Source: a virus (taxonomy: Duplodnaviria; Caudoviricetes). From it: a DNA stretch of 58,094 nucleotides. A program made the position numbers and the translations under genes. The notes below the pieces were generated by a model. It saw nothing but the letters and a program-made list of their open reading frames with translations, searched no databases and was not told where the DNA came from. The stretch's first letter is position 1; the number at the start of each line of letters is the position of its first letter. This document shows positions 1 to 10,554 of this stretch, piece after piece. The stretch is taken from positions 1 to 58,094 of IMG/VR virus record IMGVR_UViG_3300030380_000249. The stretch is one strand, 5' to 3'.

Positions 1-343
1 CAGGTTTCATCTGTGGGAGCCAAAGACGTTTGGCTATAGCAAGCCTATGAAGCTCGAGCAGGCGCAGAAGGAGTACGGGCCTATACTGAGACGCGCATTC
101 ACTTACAAGGCGCTCAACAGGCTTATACAAGGCTCTGCGGCGGATCAGACCAAGGTTGCTATGGCAGAGTGCTACAAGGAGGGTCTGGTGCCCCTTTTGA
201 CCGTGCATGACGAACTGTGTTTCAATGTCGAGTCCGAGAAGCAGGCCGCAAGAATCACGGAGATCATGGAGACCAGCACACCATTGAAGGTGCCGAGCAA
301 GGTCGATCAGGAACTAGGTAACAACTGGGGGGAGGTTGGCTAG
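1..343 (+). CDS. polA: DNA polymerase family A, C-terminal part (continues from 56515-58094 across the window junction)
   Basis: Frame open from position 2 (RFHLWEPKTFGYSKPMKLE...). Contains KALNRLIQGSAAD and motif C LLTVHDEL. Confidence 0.95.
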   Translation, partial: RFHLWEPKTFGYSKPMKLEQAQKEYGPILRRAFTYKALNRLIQGSAADQTKVAMAECYKEGLVPLLTVHDELCFNVESEKQAARITEIMETSTPLKVPSKVDQELGNNWGEVG

Positions 344-786
344 TCCGCCAACGCTCTCATACGCGCTACCAAACGCTTGGCGCGGTTGGTGACCTGGTCA
401 TACCAGCGGCTGTCTACCATCTCGTCAGCTGCACGATTCCAGTCCCGTGCATCGACACCAGCCTTCATACCTTTGAAAGCACTTAAACGCGGACGCCCCA
501 TGTTAAACATCATGTTTGCTATGATGAGTTGGCACTCTTCAGGCAAGTCATAGAAGTCTGGGTACAGAACCTCACACTCGTCCAACGTGACAGCAATATC
601 AAGGTTGAACACCTGACGCACGCGCTCTTCATCGACGGGCGTACCAACAGGCTGGCCGTACTCTGGATCGTCCTCCACCACGAGATGTCCAATCCCGTAT
701 GTGGGTAGGCCGAGATGGTCTAGGTAGATTTCAAACTTGCAGCCTTCATCTTCTGCAAGCTCTTCACGAAGCTGATCTTTGTTCAT
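340..786 (-). CDS. Endolysin, T4-lysozyme-like muramidase (GH24)
   Basis: DEG-x-YLDHLGLPTYGIGH gives the catalytic E/D/T pattern. MFNMG and WNRAADEMVDSRWY motifs present. Confidence 0.9.
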   Translation of the reverse strand: MNKDQLREELAEDEGCKFEIYLDHLGLPTYGIGHLVVEDDPEYGQPVGTPVDEERVRQVFNLDIAVTLDECEVLYPDFYDLPEECQLIIANMMFNMGRPRLSAFKGMKAGVDARDWNRAADEMVDSRWYDQVTNRAKRLVARMRALAD

Positions 787-3700
787 GGAGTAGTCCTTCC
801 AAGAGATTGCGCCAGAGCCTGAGTCGCAGGATCCGGCAGCAGAATTGGTGAAACTTGCCCAGCCGTGCCTGTTGCGGCGGGGGCGACCTGTGGTGCTTGA
901 GACATTGCCGCTTGAGCCGCTTGCAATGTTTGATTAACTGTTGGTGCAAGTTGTCGTCTGGCTTCTTCTGTGATGGGTCTAGCCTCTTCTGCGCCTTGCT
1001 CTACAAGCATTTTACCGCCTTGAACTGTCGCCGCAGACATAGTTTGCCAAAAGACTTGAAGACCCTGTGCAATCGGGTCATTAGACTTGAACTTACCGGA
1101 TAAGAAGTCTTTGACCTTATTCGGCTGACGAGAGGCCATCATCATTCGCAGCACCTTCGGCTGACGCAAAGCCTTTGACATCCCCGCGTATAACACCGCA
1201 GTTGGAAGCGCCGTGGTCAAATTGCCCATAAGTTGAAAGATTCCCAGACCTAACGCAATGTTAGGTGCGGCAAGACCACCCTTGCCAGCAATCGCGGCGT
1301 TAGAAGCACGCACCATGTTTTCCGCCATGGTGTTGAGACCTTCGGCAGCATTTTTGCCGAACATAGCGTTCAGTGTTTCATCTCCGTAAGAGCGGAGAAC
1401 AGATTGTAACTTATTGCCCAAACGGCCTGACTTAAATGATTCAATGAAATCATCCGTCATCCGAATCTGTCCGCCCTCATCCACCGTAGCGCCGATTTGT
1501 TTCAAGACTCTACCCATGGCGGCGTCTCGCACCAACTCCATGGTAGGCACTTCTCTGCCGTTGACGTTGGTGATTTTGTTACCAAGAAACTTTTGTGCTT
1601 CTCTAATTGAAGCGGGGTTTCTGAATACCGTTTGTGCAATAACCTCTGGGTCTGTAGTGGACTCCAAAGTCCGCATAACTACGTTGCTATCTACCGCTGC
1701 ACGTCGCGCCTCTGCCGCTTGTAGATCTTGCAAAGCCTGACCAAGCGGTTTGCTCTGCAACTGTTGAACGACACTTGGAGAAAGATTGGCCTTGCCTCGC
1801 TCAAGCACCGTCAAAATGTCGTTGACGGCTTTGAGGTCATCACCCAGCATCTTGTCCACTGTTGTGCCTTTTTGGCGAATGTTGGCAACCAACTTAATGG
1901 GGTCAATAACTTGTTGCCCCGTTGCTGGATCAATGGTCAAGGAACGCTTAACCTGTTCTTGAATGTACATCCGAGACAGACCCTGACGCACAGTCTCGGC
2001 TTGCTCGGCTCCTGTGCCACGGATTGTGGCACGTTCAGCGGCCTCCGCCTCCAGATCTCTTGCAATTTTTTCAACTCGTCTGCGAGTTAGATCATCCGGC
2101 GGTAGCTTTTGTACGTCGTTCAAGGCTTGTTCGACGGTTCTGTTGCCGATCTTACGAGTCTTTAAAATACGAGTGCCTTCATCAAGATCTACAATTCCTG
2201 TCTTTGCTCCCAACGCTCGACCAGTCGGAACGCCACGAATGGCTTTCATAAGCTGATCAAAAGCCTCTGGATTGTCCTCTTGTATGATCTTATCAAAGAT
2301 GAACCGCATGTTCATCTGGCCGCTTTGCGCTTGTTTGACAATGTCTTGAACAACGATGTTGTCAAACCGCCCGACACCATTTCGGTAGAACCTGTTGGTT
2401 CTACTTAAAAGATTTAAAGCCTCACCAAGTTCTTTGAATTCTGCCTCACCGGCGTTCATTCTGCCTCTTGTGATTGCGAGTCCAATCTCCGCCTCGTCAA
2501 AAGCCTGATTTACAGATGCTTTCAACGCACCAAGAGCGCCTACATTAACATCATTAAGGAGAGCTGGGTTGCGTGACGCATCCGTCAAACCAGTTCTAAT
2601 TCTAGAAATCTCTTGTGCAGTGGCGAAATCTCCAAGTGCCTCCACCTGTGAAGCAAATTTAGTGGCGCCAATATCTGCAATGCTCTCTTGATTCAGCCTT
2701 TTTAACTCTGCTTTTATACCAGCGGTAGGAATTATCTTTTGACCGCGTAGTTTTTCCGTCACGACGGTGTACAGACGGTCAACGTCCTCATCAAACACCG
2801 CCTTACGACGACGGATCATTTCATCCAGATCTCTGGGGATGGTCTTGCCATCCTTTAAATTACGCATGATTTGATCAATCTCGCCTTTGACGGCATCATC
2901 CATCCGCATTTGAGCGTCGGCTAATTTTTGATCTGCGCCTTTATAAAATTCATCAATGTCGCGTTTAATTATCTCGTCAAGATTGTTGATCTGTGTGTCA
3001 TCAACAATTCCAAAAGCACGCAAGTCAGCGATCACTTGATTAAGGTTGTCTGTCGCTGCTTTTTGATTTGGAAAGACGCCTTCATACACCGCTTGAAGGC
3101 GGTTAAGAATAGGACGAAAACTTTCACTTGTGGCGCCAGCAACCGTAGGACGATAGCCTTGATTGATTATTTCACGGGCTTGTGCGCGTAAGGCTTCATT
3201 GGCCTCGCCGCCTGGGCCTTTAATGATACGACCAAACAGCCTTGAAATGCCTCGACCAACACCTTCGCCCAACATACCAAACGTGCCTTCATATGCCGCA
3301 TCACTAGCAATTTGACCAACGGACTGCCTCTGCAATCCTTCGGCAGCTTCAATCCCTTCATCAAGTAATTTGCCCCCAGCCGTGGCCGCGCCTACGATCA
3401 ACATGCCTGGTATAAAACCCACACCAGAAGCGGCAATCGCGGCTCCAGTGCCGGCAATTATTGGTAGTGCAGCCGCGCCAGCAAACTCTTTGACATCGTT
3501 GAACGAGAAACCTTCTTCATCAATTGCAAGCTCACGACCCTCACCTAAACCAAGTTTAGTGCGACCTTCCTGTGTAAGAATGTGCCGCCCAAGCGCATCA
3601 ACACGATAACCGCCGTCGCCAACCACCGTGCGGAGGTAGTTGGACTTTTCTTCGCCGGTATCCATGCGGCCAAATTGGAATCGAGAGAAGCCACCGACAC

Positions 3701-3995
3701 TATCCAAGCCGGTGCGGTAGTCTACACCAGGTTCTTTGTATTTGCTTATGTATTCATCTTCAGTAAGTTGCGCCCCACTAACAGGATCAAACCCTGCAAG
3801 TCTGCGCTGGCGCGAGTAATCACGAATTTCATCTAATGATGCGGTGGCGTAATCAATTTGAGTTTGAGTAGGCTGACTTCCGCCTCCTCCACCAAACTGA
3901 TTTAAAATCGCTTGTTGTTCCTCGGCGGTAGGGGTGTCTCCGGCGATGTCAACTTGAACTTGACCCTGTGAGGTCTCAACAATAATTGAACCCAT
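783..3995 (-). CDS. Large internal virion/ejection protein (1070 aa)
   Basis: Long Ala/Gln-rich helical ORF with Gly/Ala hydrophobic stretches, located at the end of the podovirus-like structural arm. Confidence 0.6.
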   Translation of the reverse strand: MGSIIVETSQGQVQVDIAGDTPTAEEQQAILNQFGGGGGSQPTQTQIDYATASLDEIRDYSRQRRLAGFDPVSGAQLTEDEYISKYKEPGVDYRTGLDSVGGFSRFQFGRMDTGEEKSNYLRTVVGDGGYRVDALGRHILTQEGRTKLGLGEGRELAIDEEGFSFNDVKEFAGAAALPIIAGTGAAIAASGVGFIPGMLIVGAATAGGKLLDEGIEAAEGLQRQSVGQIASDAAYEGTFGMLGEGVGRGISRLFGRIIKGPGGEANEALRAQAREIINQGYRPTVAGATSESFRPILNRLQAVYEGVFPNQKAATDNLNQVIADLRAFGIVDDTQINNLDEIIKRDIDEFYKGADQKLADAQMRMDDAVKGEIDQIMRNLKDGKTIPRDLDEMIRRRKAVFDEDVDRLYTVVTEKLRGQKIIPTAGIKAELKRLNQESIADIGATKFASQVEALGDFATAQEISRIRTGLTDASRNPALLNDVNVGALGALKASVNQAFDEAEIGLAITRGRMNAGEAEFKELGEALNLLSRTNRFYRNGVGRFDNIVVQDIVKQAQSGQMNMRFIFDKIIQEDNPEAFDQLMKAIRGVPTGRALGAKTGIVDLDEGTRILKTRKIGNRTVEQALNDVQKLPPDDLTRRRVEKIARDLEAEAAERATIRGTGAEQAETVRQGLSRMYIQEQVKRSLTIDPATGQQVIDPIKLVANIRQKGTTVDKMLGDDLKAVNDILTVLERGKANLSPSVVQQLQSKPLGQALQDLQAAEARRAAVDSNVVMRTLESTTDPEVIAQTVFRNPASIREAQKFLGNKITNVNGREVPTMELVRDAAMGRVLKQIGATVDEGGQIRMTDDFIESFKSGRLGNKLQSVLRSYGDETLNAMFGKNAAEGLNTMAENMVRASNAAIAGKGGLAAPNIALGLGIFQLMGNLTTALPTAVLYAGMSKALRQPKVLRMMMASRQPNKVKDFLSGKFKSNDPIAQGLQVFWQTMSAATVQGGKMLVEQGAEEARPITEEARRQLAPTVNQTLQAAQAAMSQAPQVAPAATGTAGQVSPILLPDPATQALAQSLGRTTP

Positions 3996-4003
3996 GACGT
4001 TTC

Positions 4004-6190
4004 CTACACATTCGCAGACGGAAGTCTAAATATTGGAAGTCCTTGAGCATTCGTCTCTCCGGTGTCAACCAATCCTAAAGTGCTCCGTTGACCAACTCCA
4101 AATGGTTCCAATCGTTTCTGCGACTCAGATAAAAGAGAAAGACCAGATCCTTCACCTTGACCAGGCAATATTCTATTAGACAAACGATCCTCAATGCCCC
4201 GCATGTTGCTAGCGGCGCCAGCTTGATTTCGTCTGAACTCACTGATGACACTCTGTAATTTACCAGCCAATACATCTTCATCAATTGACGCTAAATTAAA
4301 GATGCCACCCTCTAAAATAGCTGATTCAACATAGGCGTCCGCCAAAAACTGAACATCCCTGTTTGAAATTGAGTTTGCTGCTTGCACTCCACCAAGAGAA
4401 ACAGGAATCAGCTTTTGAAATGATTGACGAACTGCCGCTTCAAACTCAGCTTTAGATTGATACTTTGCGCCAAGATCCAAGCCACCAGCGTTAGCTAGTT
4501 TGTTAGCAAGATCTTTTATGCCACCTTTAATACCTGTGATTGAACCATCGTCAGCCAAGGTTACCAAAGCCTTTTCCGTAAACTCGATTCCCACTTCAGA
4601 GTCGATGTAAACTTTTGCTTGTTTGGCATAATTTTCTTGAATGTCCGTCGCCGCTGCGTCGGTAAGAAGGAGTTCATCCCGCAACGCGTTAGTTGCGGCG
4701 GCGTTTGTTTTCAGACGATCACGAACAGCCTTCTCTCCGTCCAAATACACATCAACATCAGTGAAGCCTTTAGGTAGTTTTCCATCAGATTCCAACAGAT
4801 CTGTTGTGGAAATTCTTATTGTCTCGCCTTTTTTGTATGTCCTACCCTCATAGGTTATGTCACCAGTTGCGGCCAATCGTATGAAGTTTCTGTCATCAAG
4901 TCGTTGTTGTGCAGACAACTTCCCTGTTTCGGTCAAGCCGTACTGTAGGGCGGACAGTTTAAGTTGACGATTAAACTCATCCTTTTTGCTCTTGTCTTTG
5001 ATGAGCATGTCGGCACCACCTTCAAGAGCCGAAGCAATGTTTTGAATCGCTCGAGGACTTTTGCCTGCCGCCATGGCAAAACCAATCTTTGCAAGAACAA
5101 GACCACTGTCTAGACCCTCGTAGCCGGGAGCCTTATCCATAAACTCCTTGATGAATCCGTCTAGTGCAGACTTCTGATCTGCTTCGTTGCCTTGATTGAT
5201 TACGTTTTCAATCTCTTCTTTTGTAGACGGGACAACGCCAGTGGTGCCGGTCTCTGACGGATCACCGGATGCGTCAGTGCCGTCTGGCAGGTTTGTCTGA
5301 CTCTGTTGTCTGCGAGACTCGTCTTTAAGAATCTCTTTTGTGCGATCAGCCTCTTGATCACGCATTTGATTGGCCTGTGCTTCAGCAATGTTTTCTGGAT
5401 TACCGGGGAGAATACCAGAAGCCTTTAGTTCAGCTTCTTCGTTCGTAACCACAACGCCATCTTTAGCCATAGCTTCTCTAGCCATAGCTTCGTCCGCAAC
5501 TCGTTGTTGATTTAAACGGTCGTTTTCAAAAGGATTCTTAATTTGATCCGTTGAAGGAACCGGACGAGGACGCACCGCTGAAGGCGGGGGAAAACCACCT
5601 CGTGCACTTTGAGACTGTAAATTGGTTAGATCCTTGACCTCAATGCCCAAACTCTTCAGGTAATCTGAACTTAAATCCGGTGGACGAATTGTGTCCGCAG
5701 GCAAAGATCCATCAGAAGACCCAAATAAAGTCTTTGCAGCTGTGCTAGTTGCACCCTCTGTAAACCCGCGTATTTGACCGCCAATTTCCGCTGCTGGCCC
5801 AAGAAGAGCTTTGATGCCGGATCCTAAACGGCTTTTGCCAAAGGCTCCCATCGAGTCGCTCAAGCCTTTTCTAGACAGGAATCCTTGTTCTGCACCTCTC
5901 AAGGCGCTGAACTCACTTGCTGTTATAGGCTCACCCGCAATGTAACGACGCGCAACTTCAGCCATATTTGCTCTGGGCATCATGCTCCGAGAAAAATCAG
6001 GCGCCGAGTATGATCTCATACGCTGTCCAGCCACACCGGGAATAGTTGGTATGGCACCAGAAACTCTTTGCCTAGGAGGCAAAACGGATCCACCGGTCTG
6101 GAACTTCTGCACGCTAGGTATACCCGCCGACTGATTCAGCGCGTTACGGGCGTTACGCGGCTTAAACATTTTGCGGTTATATACGCTCAT
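4004..6190 (-). CDS. Putative internal virion protein (728 aa)
   Basis: Long ORF in the late operon, coupled to the upstream gene by a TAATG overlap. N-terminal YNRKMF and FQTGGSV motifs. Confidence 0.55.
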   Translation of the reverse strand: MSVYNRKMFKPRNARNALNQSAGIPSVQKFQTGGSVLPPRQRVSGAIPTIPGVAGQRMRSYSAPDFSRSMMPRANMAEVARRYIAGEPITASEFSALRGAEQGFLSRKGLSDSMGAFGKSRLGSGIKALLGPAAEIGGQIRGFTEGATSTAAKTLFGSSDGSLPADTIRPPDLSSDYLKSLGIEVKDLTNLQSQSARGGFPPPSAVRPRPVPSTDQIKNPFENDRLNQQRVADEAMAREAMAKDGVVVTNEEAELKASGILPGNPENIAEAQANQMRDQEADRTKEILKDESRRQQSQTNLPDGTDASGDPSETGTTGVVPSTKEEIENVINQGNEADQKSALDGFIKEFMDKAPGYEGLDSGLVLAKIGFAMAAGKSPRAIQNIASALEGGADMLIKDKSKKDEFNRQLKLSALQYGLTETGKLSAQQRLDDRNFIRLAATGDITYEGRTYKKGETIRISTTDLLESDGKLPKGFTDVDVYLDGEKAVRDRLKTNAAATNALRDELLLTDAAATDIQENYAKQAKVYIDSEVGIEFTEKALVTLADDGSITGIKGGIKDLANKLANAGGLDLGAKYQSKAEFEAAVRQSFQKLIPVSLGGVQAANSISNRDVQFLADAYVESAILEGGIFNLASIDEDVLAGKLQSVISEFRRNQAGAASNMRGIEDRLSNRILPGQGEGSGLSLLSESQKRLEPFGVGQRSTLGLVDTGETNAQGLPIFRLPSANV

Positions 6191-7083
6191 TATCTGGCAC
6201 TCCCAAAGCCAAGGAGGCTCCCTAACCCACCAAAGATGCCGCCCTCACCAAAGGCGCCAGCTTGTTGAAGCCCCGCGACACCCATGCCTATGCCACCAAG
6301 TTGTGAAACAATGCTAGGAGAAGGAGTCGTACTAGAGGTCAGCGTGCTAGTGGTGGACGGTACGCCACGGAAGATGTCAGACATGAAGCCAATGCGCTGA
6401 TACGGTTCAAACTGGCGTTCAAGAGCCGTGGCGCGTTGGGCGTCAATCTCGGCCTGTTGCTGCGCTTGTTCCTGACCACCAAGCTGTGACAGGATTCCAA
6501 TGTCGCGTGCCTGCGCCGCCTGTGCAGATTCACCCATGGCCGCTTGTTGCAGACCTAGCTTGCCAAACAGTTCAGCGCCCTGTTGCGCTCGATCCTGCGC
6601 GGACTCAAAGGCCTGTGCACGGAGCTGACCAGACTGCCTAGCAAAGGCATCCGCCGTATTGCGCTGTAGTTCTTGCTCGGCCACCGCCTGACGCGAACCG
6701 CCAAAGGCACCTGAACTGACGGCGGACGAACCAATGCGCTGACGCTCCATGTCCGCCTGCCGCTGTAGATCGGAAAGACTCTGATCCACAACCTGATCCA
6801 CATACGGGTTCATGTACTGCTGGTAAGCACCTGGCTGTAGCGCAGCTACACCCTGACCAAGAGTCGCGGCACCAGCTTCCATCATCGGCTGATAGGCACC
6901 CACACCAGAGATACCAAGCTGGATTGCCGCTTGCTGTGCCGGCGTCATGCCAGCAACCTGATAATCAGGAATCGTCGTGGGCATATTAGCTAGGGCCGAG
7001 GTACTAGCAAGCAGATCCTTGAGGAAGGTCTCCTGATACTCCGGTAATACGGTTACCGCTTCAGTGCGTACTGTGTCAGCCAT
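6190..7083 (-). CDS. Putative DNA-transfer/pilot (ejection) protein
   Basis: Gln/Ala-rich with YMNPY...GAFGGSR and a Gly-rich hydrophobic C-terminus, typical of podovirus ejection proteins. Confidence 0.6.
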   Translation of the reverse strand: MADTVRTEAVTVLPEYQETFLKDLLASTSALANMPTTIPDYQVAGMTPAQQAAIQLGISGVGAYQPMMEAGAATLGQGVAALQPGAYQQYMNPYVDQVVDQSLSDLQRQADMERQRIGSSAVSSGAFGGSRQAVAEQELQRNTADAFARQSGQLRAQAFESAQDRAQQGAELFGKLGLQQAAMGESAQAAQARDIGILSQLGGQEQAQQQAEIDAQRATALERQFEPYQRIGFMSDIFRGVPSTTSTLTSSTTPSPSIVSQLGGIGMGVAGLQQAGAFGEGGIFGGLGSLLGFGSAR

Positions 7084-7877
7084 TATGCCATCCTCTCAAA
7101 CTTGTCCATCATGGCGTACATGCGCTTGGCACCCAAGTCGGTGTTGCCGTTTCCTGCACCCTTGACGGCCTTCTTCGTCATTACAAACTCTTCGTCCGAG
7201 AGCCGTGCCTCCTGAACCTTTTTGCCATTCTGAAAAATGCCGGCCTTGACGCTGTCTGAAGTGCCCGTCCCTGGACCTTCGATTAAACCACCTTGGTTAA
7301 GCGTGACGATGCCGCCCATCGCCATATTCTGTTCTTGACGACGACGCGCCTCAACAGCGGCGTCTCTTTCTTCAGCGGTATCATACTTGATATCTGTCAC
7401 CTGATCGACAAACAACCCAGCAATCGGGGTGCCTTTATAGTCTGGGCGCGATTCCAACTGCATCTCACCGGCTTCCTCAAGCTCTTCCTCGCCTACACCG
7501 GCCAAGCCCAATAACGAACTGCCCGTCACAATGTCACCAATCGAGATGCCGGAGCCGAGAATCCCGCTCTTTGCCGCCTCTTGCGTGGCGGCTTTGGTAG
7601 CGGCTTCGGTCACTGCGGCTTCGGTTGCAGCCTTGGTAGCGGCGGCGCCGGTAGCAGATTGCGCGGCTGCTGGACCTACCCCCATGGCACCAAGACCCGC
7701 AGTAGCACCGCCACCAAGGACTGCATTCCTAATCGCGTCTTTAGCGTCACCACCGGCCACAAGTGTGCCGATTCCAGAACCAAGAGCCGCGTTTAGTGCA
7801 GCACTACCAGCAGGGCCAAATAGAGCACCGCCTATCCCACCTATAACTGGTAACAGTGATTTGAGGTTAAGACCCAA
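7083..7877 (-). CDS. Putative internal virion protein
   Basis: Gly/Ala-rich N-terminus and C-terminal GPGTGTSDS...ARLSDEEFVMT motif. Likely TTG start at 7877 after GGAGG (ORF track starts at 7892). Confidence 0.6.
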   Translation of the reverse strand: MGLNLKSLLPVIGGIGGALFGPAGSAALNAALGSGIGTLVAGGDAKDAIRNAVLGGGATAGLGAMGVGPAAAQSATGAAATKAATEAAVTEAATKAATQEAAKSGILGSGISIGDIVTGSSLLGLAGVGEEELEEAGEMQLESRPDYKGTPIAGLFVDQVTDIKYDTAEERDAAVEARRRQEQNMAMGGIVTLNQGGLIEGPGTGTSDSVKAGIFQNGKKVQEARLSDEEFVMTKKAVKGAGNGNTDLGAKRMYAMMDKFERMA

Positions 7878-8106
7878 GCGTTTTGCCTCCAAGAGACTGG
7901 GGAACAGTTACGGAGATTTTAGTGTCTCGTCTTTCTGCACCTGTCCATGGATTACCGCAATCTGGGCAGTTACCATCAGGGTGACTAGCTATTTCCTCTG
8001 GAGTGTCCACTTCATTAGGACAGCTAGCGCAATACAGTTTATCAGAACTTGTGCTCGGTGACCACCGGCTCCCGTTTGGCATCACAATCACGTTGTCATC
8101 CGACAC
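7867..8106 (-). CDS. Small zinc-ribbon protein
   Basis: Two CxxC motifs (CASC, CPDC). Tightly packed in the operon. Confidence 0.6.
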   Translation of the reverse strand: MSDDNVIVMPNGSRWSPSTSSDKLYCASCPNEVDTPEEIASHPDGNCPDCGNPWTGAERRDTKISVTVPQSLGGKTLGS

Positions 8107-8336
8107 TAGACATCTCCTTCTACTTTTATCTTCAGGTTTCCTGAGTCCTGATACACATCTCCTACTTCTAGCGAAGATAAAGCATTTTGGTCAGGTAGTC
8201 CATTTATGCCCGTCAAAGGATTGCGAACCTCGTTGATCAGAACCTCAAGCGTTCTGGCAAGCTGATTCATGTACGTTGCATCGTACTCTTCTGGGGCGAC
8301 AGGCAGAATAGGACGAATAACTTTGGTGTTGCTCAT
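8106..8336 (-). CDS. Hypothetical structural protein
   Basis: LPVAPEEYD...NQL motif. Overlapping start/stop with both neighbours. Confidence 0.6.
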   Translation of the reverse strand: MSNTKVIRPILPVAPEEYDATYMNQLARTLEVLINEVRNPLTGINGLPDQNALSSLEVGDVYQDSGNLKIKVEGDV

Positions 8337-9874
8337 CTGCGCCCATCTCCTCTTACGTCAATCCTAGGAGCACCAAGCCGCCACTTCACATCCACCGCGT
8401 CACTAGAAACCTTGAAGTTCAGGCTTCTGCCTCGTGCTCGAGTAAAGATCTGATTGGTGTATACGTCTGTACTGCTTTCGGTAACCACGCCAGAAACCGT
8501 TTCTGTAATAGCCTTACCTGGGAAGTCACGAGACTGAATTGACAGGGTAGCTGCTGGGGTCGAGGTGTCAGAATCATTGAACGTGATGTCTGGAATGACG
8601 CGCCTTAAAAGCATGAACTGTTCGCCGTCGCCTATATCAAAGTCAGACGACTGCACAAAGGCGTTGATCGCAGATCCGTCATCATTGAGTCCAAACTCAT
8701 GATTGTACAAGTAACCACCCTCCACTGCCTGTGGATAGCTACGCTGTCCCGCGCCTCGGTCATTCCATGCGGTACGAGACAACTGCCCGTAGTACCAGAC
8801 CTTTTCACCGTAGTTATAGATGACGTACCGGTTTACTTCACCTGAAGCATTGTTGGTCTGAGTGGGGTAGAACCACCAGATCTCTGTTTCTGATGCCAAG
8901 GATCCGGCGTGAATCTTAAACGCCTGATTACGATTGAGATCGCTGAAGACATAGTCTCGCACCGAGCAAGGCAACGCCTGAACACGACCATCATACACAT
9001 AGAAGTTTTCTTGCCCCATCCAGAAGACAACGTCATTGACGCTGACTGCGGCATTAGGACTAGCAATTCGTACATTATCCGCCAACAACGCGGTGCCGAA
9101 GGTGAACGGCGCACCCGTAAACTGAACAGAGTTTAGGCTTGTATCTGTCCAAACCAGAATCTCCCGCCGTGTTCTGAGAGCGGTGATGATCTCAGAGCCT
9201 TGCGATAGGCGTATGTCTCCCGCCGTGTTTGTCGCCGTGGGCGTCCAGTTGGCGGCGTCTTCTTGATTAGAGAAGCGGATCAATAGCGGGTCTTGTTCAG
9301 TTGAACCTAGTGGATTGGCACCAAAAGCTAGGACATGTCTATCTACTTCAGATACAAGAACCTTACGAGCGACAGTAGGTGTGTTGCTGGCTCCTGAAAG
9401 GTTCTCCAAGGGAATGGCTCGATTGTTCGTCAAGCCTCCTGTGGCATCCCAGTAATATATCCGTCCGTCCGCGACGTTGATAATTAGGTCTTCACCAAAG
9501 TTGTCTGCGAACCACAGGCGTAGAGTTTGACCCGCAAGATTACCTGCCGCACTGCCCCATGTAAAACGACCCCATGTGCCTGCGCCCCAACCAGCGCCAA
9601 GAACGGTGGTGTTCAAGCCGGTCTCAAGCAAGTAAAACGCCGACGCCTGACCCGCAGAAGAGTTCGTTTGATCTGCGGCAGAGGACAATGTGATCGTGTA
9701 GGTGTTGGTCGCGGCGGACTGTACTTCAAACTCAGCCGCTAATGCTGAGTTTAACGCCGACGACAGACCAGACACATCTTCAAATATTACAAAGTCTCCT
9801 GCCAAGGCACCGTGCGCTGGATCGTTAACGGTTACAGTCGTGCTTCCGCTGGTTGTAGTGAATGTTATAGCCAT
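8333..9874 (-). CDS. Tail tubular/nozzle (stabilisation) protein, main body
   Basis: Beta-rich 513 aa with GWGAGTWG, DNFGEDL, IRFSNQE, FWMG and LPCSVRDYVF motifs, ending DGRR, typical of podovirus tail nozzle proteins. Confidence 0.7.
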   Translation of the reverse strand: MAITFTTTSGSTTVTVNDPAHGALAGDFVIFEDVSGLSSALNSALAAEFEVQSAATNTYTITLSSAADQTNSSAGQASAFYLLETGLNTTVLGAGWGAGTWGRFTWGSAAGNLAGQTLRLWFADNFGEDLIINVADGRIYYWDATGGLTNNRAIPLENLSGASNTPTVARKVLVSEVDRHVLAFGANPLGSTEQDPLLIRFSNQEDAANWTPTATNTAGDIRLSQGSEIITALRTRREILVWTDTSLNSVQFTGAPFTFGTALLADNVRIASPNAAVSVNDVVFWMGQENFYVYDGRVQALPCSVRDYVFSDLNRNQAFKIHAGSLASETEIWWFYPTQTNNASGEVNRYVIYNYGEKVWYYGQLSRTAWNDRGAGQRSYPQAVEGGYLYNHEFGLNDDGSAINAFVQSSDFDIGDGEQFMLLRRVIPDITFNDSDTSTPAATLSIQSRDFPGKAITETVSGVVTESSTDVYTNQIFTRARGRSLNFKVSSDAVDVKWRLGAPRIDVRGDGRR

Positions 9875-10551
9875 CAGCCTACTCCAACAGTGACGTAGCC
9901 AGCGGCGCCGGTGGCCTCAAGACCTAACGGGAAGAACCCTGCGTCAGCGTCTGGGTCACCGCCGCTAGGTAGCGTCTTAACAGTTACACTGCCAAGACCG
10001 CTTGTGATCTGTTCTGTAACTTCAGATATGATCAATCTGTGCTCCGCAGGCTCCAGATCACCCACCTGACCAGTGGCTTCCTCACCCGTCACAAGCACAT
10101 GATGCGTGGTTTCAACGATGATGGATCCGACCAGACCGGCTACGCCCGTAGCTTCCTCACCAGTTACGGCGACATTCTGAGTCGCTACTGCACCGGTGAA
10201 GATTACGACGCTACCAACGCCCCCTGTTGCGGCAGAACCAGTGACAGCTTGAGGCAGAAGCACCGTGCGTCGAAACGGCGTGATGTCTCTGAACGTGCCG
10301 GACTCTTCTATGTATGCCTTGATGTGGGTGCCCACGAACAGTATGTTCTGAGATGAGAGCGTTACAAAATCATGCAGCTCCCGAGCTGTGCCAAGAAACG
10401 TGGTGCTGTTTACTTTTTCCCAACCACCAATTCTTTCAACATACCCATAACGAAAGCGGATGAAGTTCCCATCGAACCATCCGCCCTCATTAGAATAGTT
10501 GGTGCCCTCGCGATTGATACCAGGGCGAAACTGGAGTTTGGTAAGAGGCAT
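9874..10551 (-). CDS. Tail-nozzle N-terminal domain fused to VTG-repeat segment
   Basis: MPLTKLQFRPGINRE...IGGWEK...DITP followed by VTGxxATGxVG repeats. TGATG overlap with the next gene. Confidence 0.6.
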   Translation of the reverse strand: MPLTKLQFRPGINREGTNYSNEGGWFDGNFIRFRYGYVERIGGWEKVNSTTFLGTARELHDFVTLSSQNILFVGTHIKAYIEESGTFRDITPFRRTVLLPQAVTGSAATGGVGSVVIFTGAVATQNVAVTGEEATGVAGLVGSIIVETTHHVLVTGEEATGQVGDLEPAEHRLIISEVTEQITSGLGSVTVKTLPSGGDPDADAGFFPLGLEATGAAGYVTVGVG

Positions 10552-10554
10552 TCA

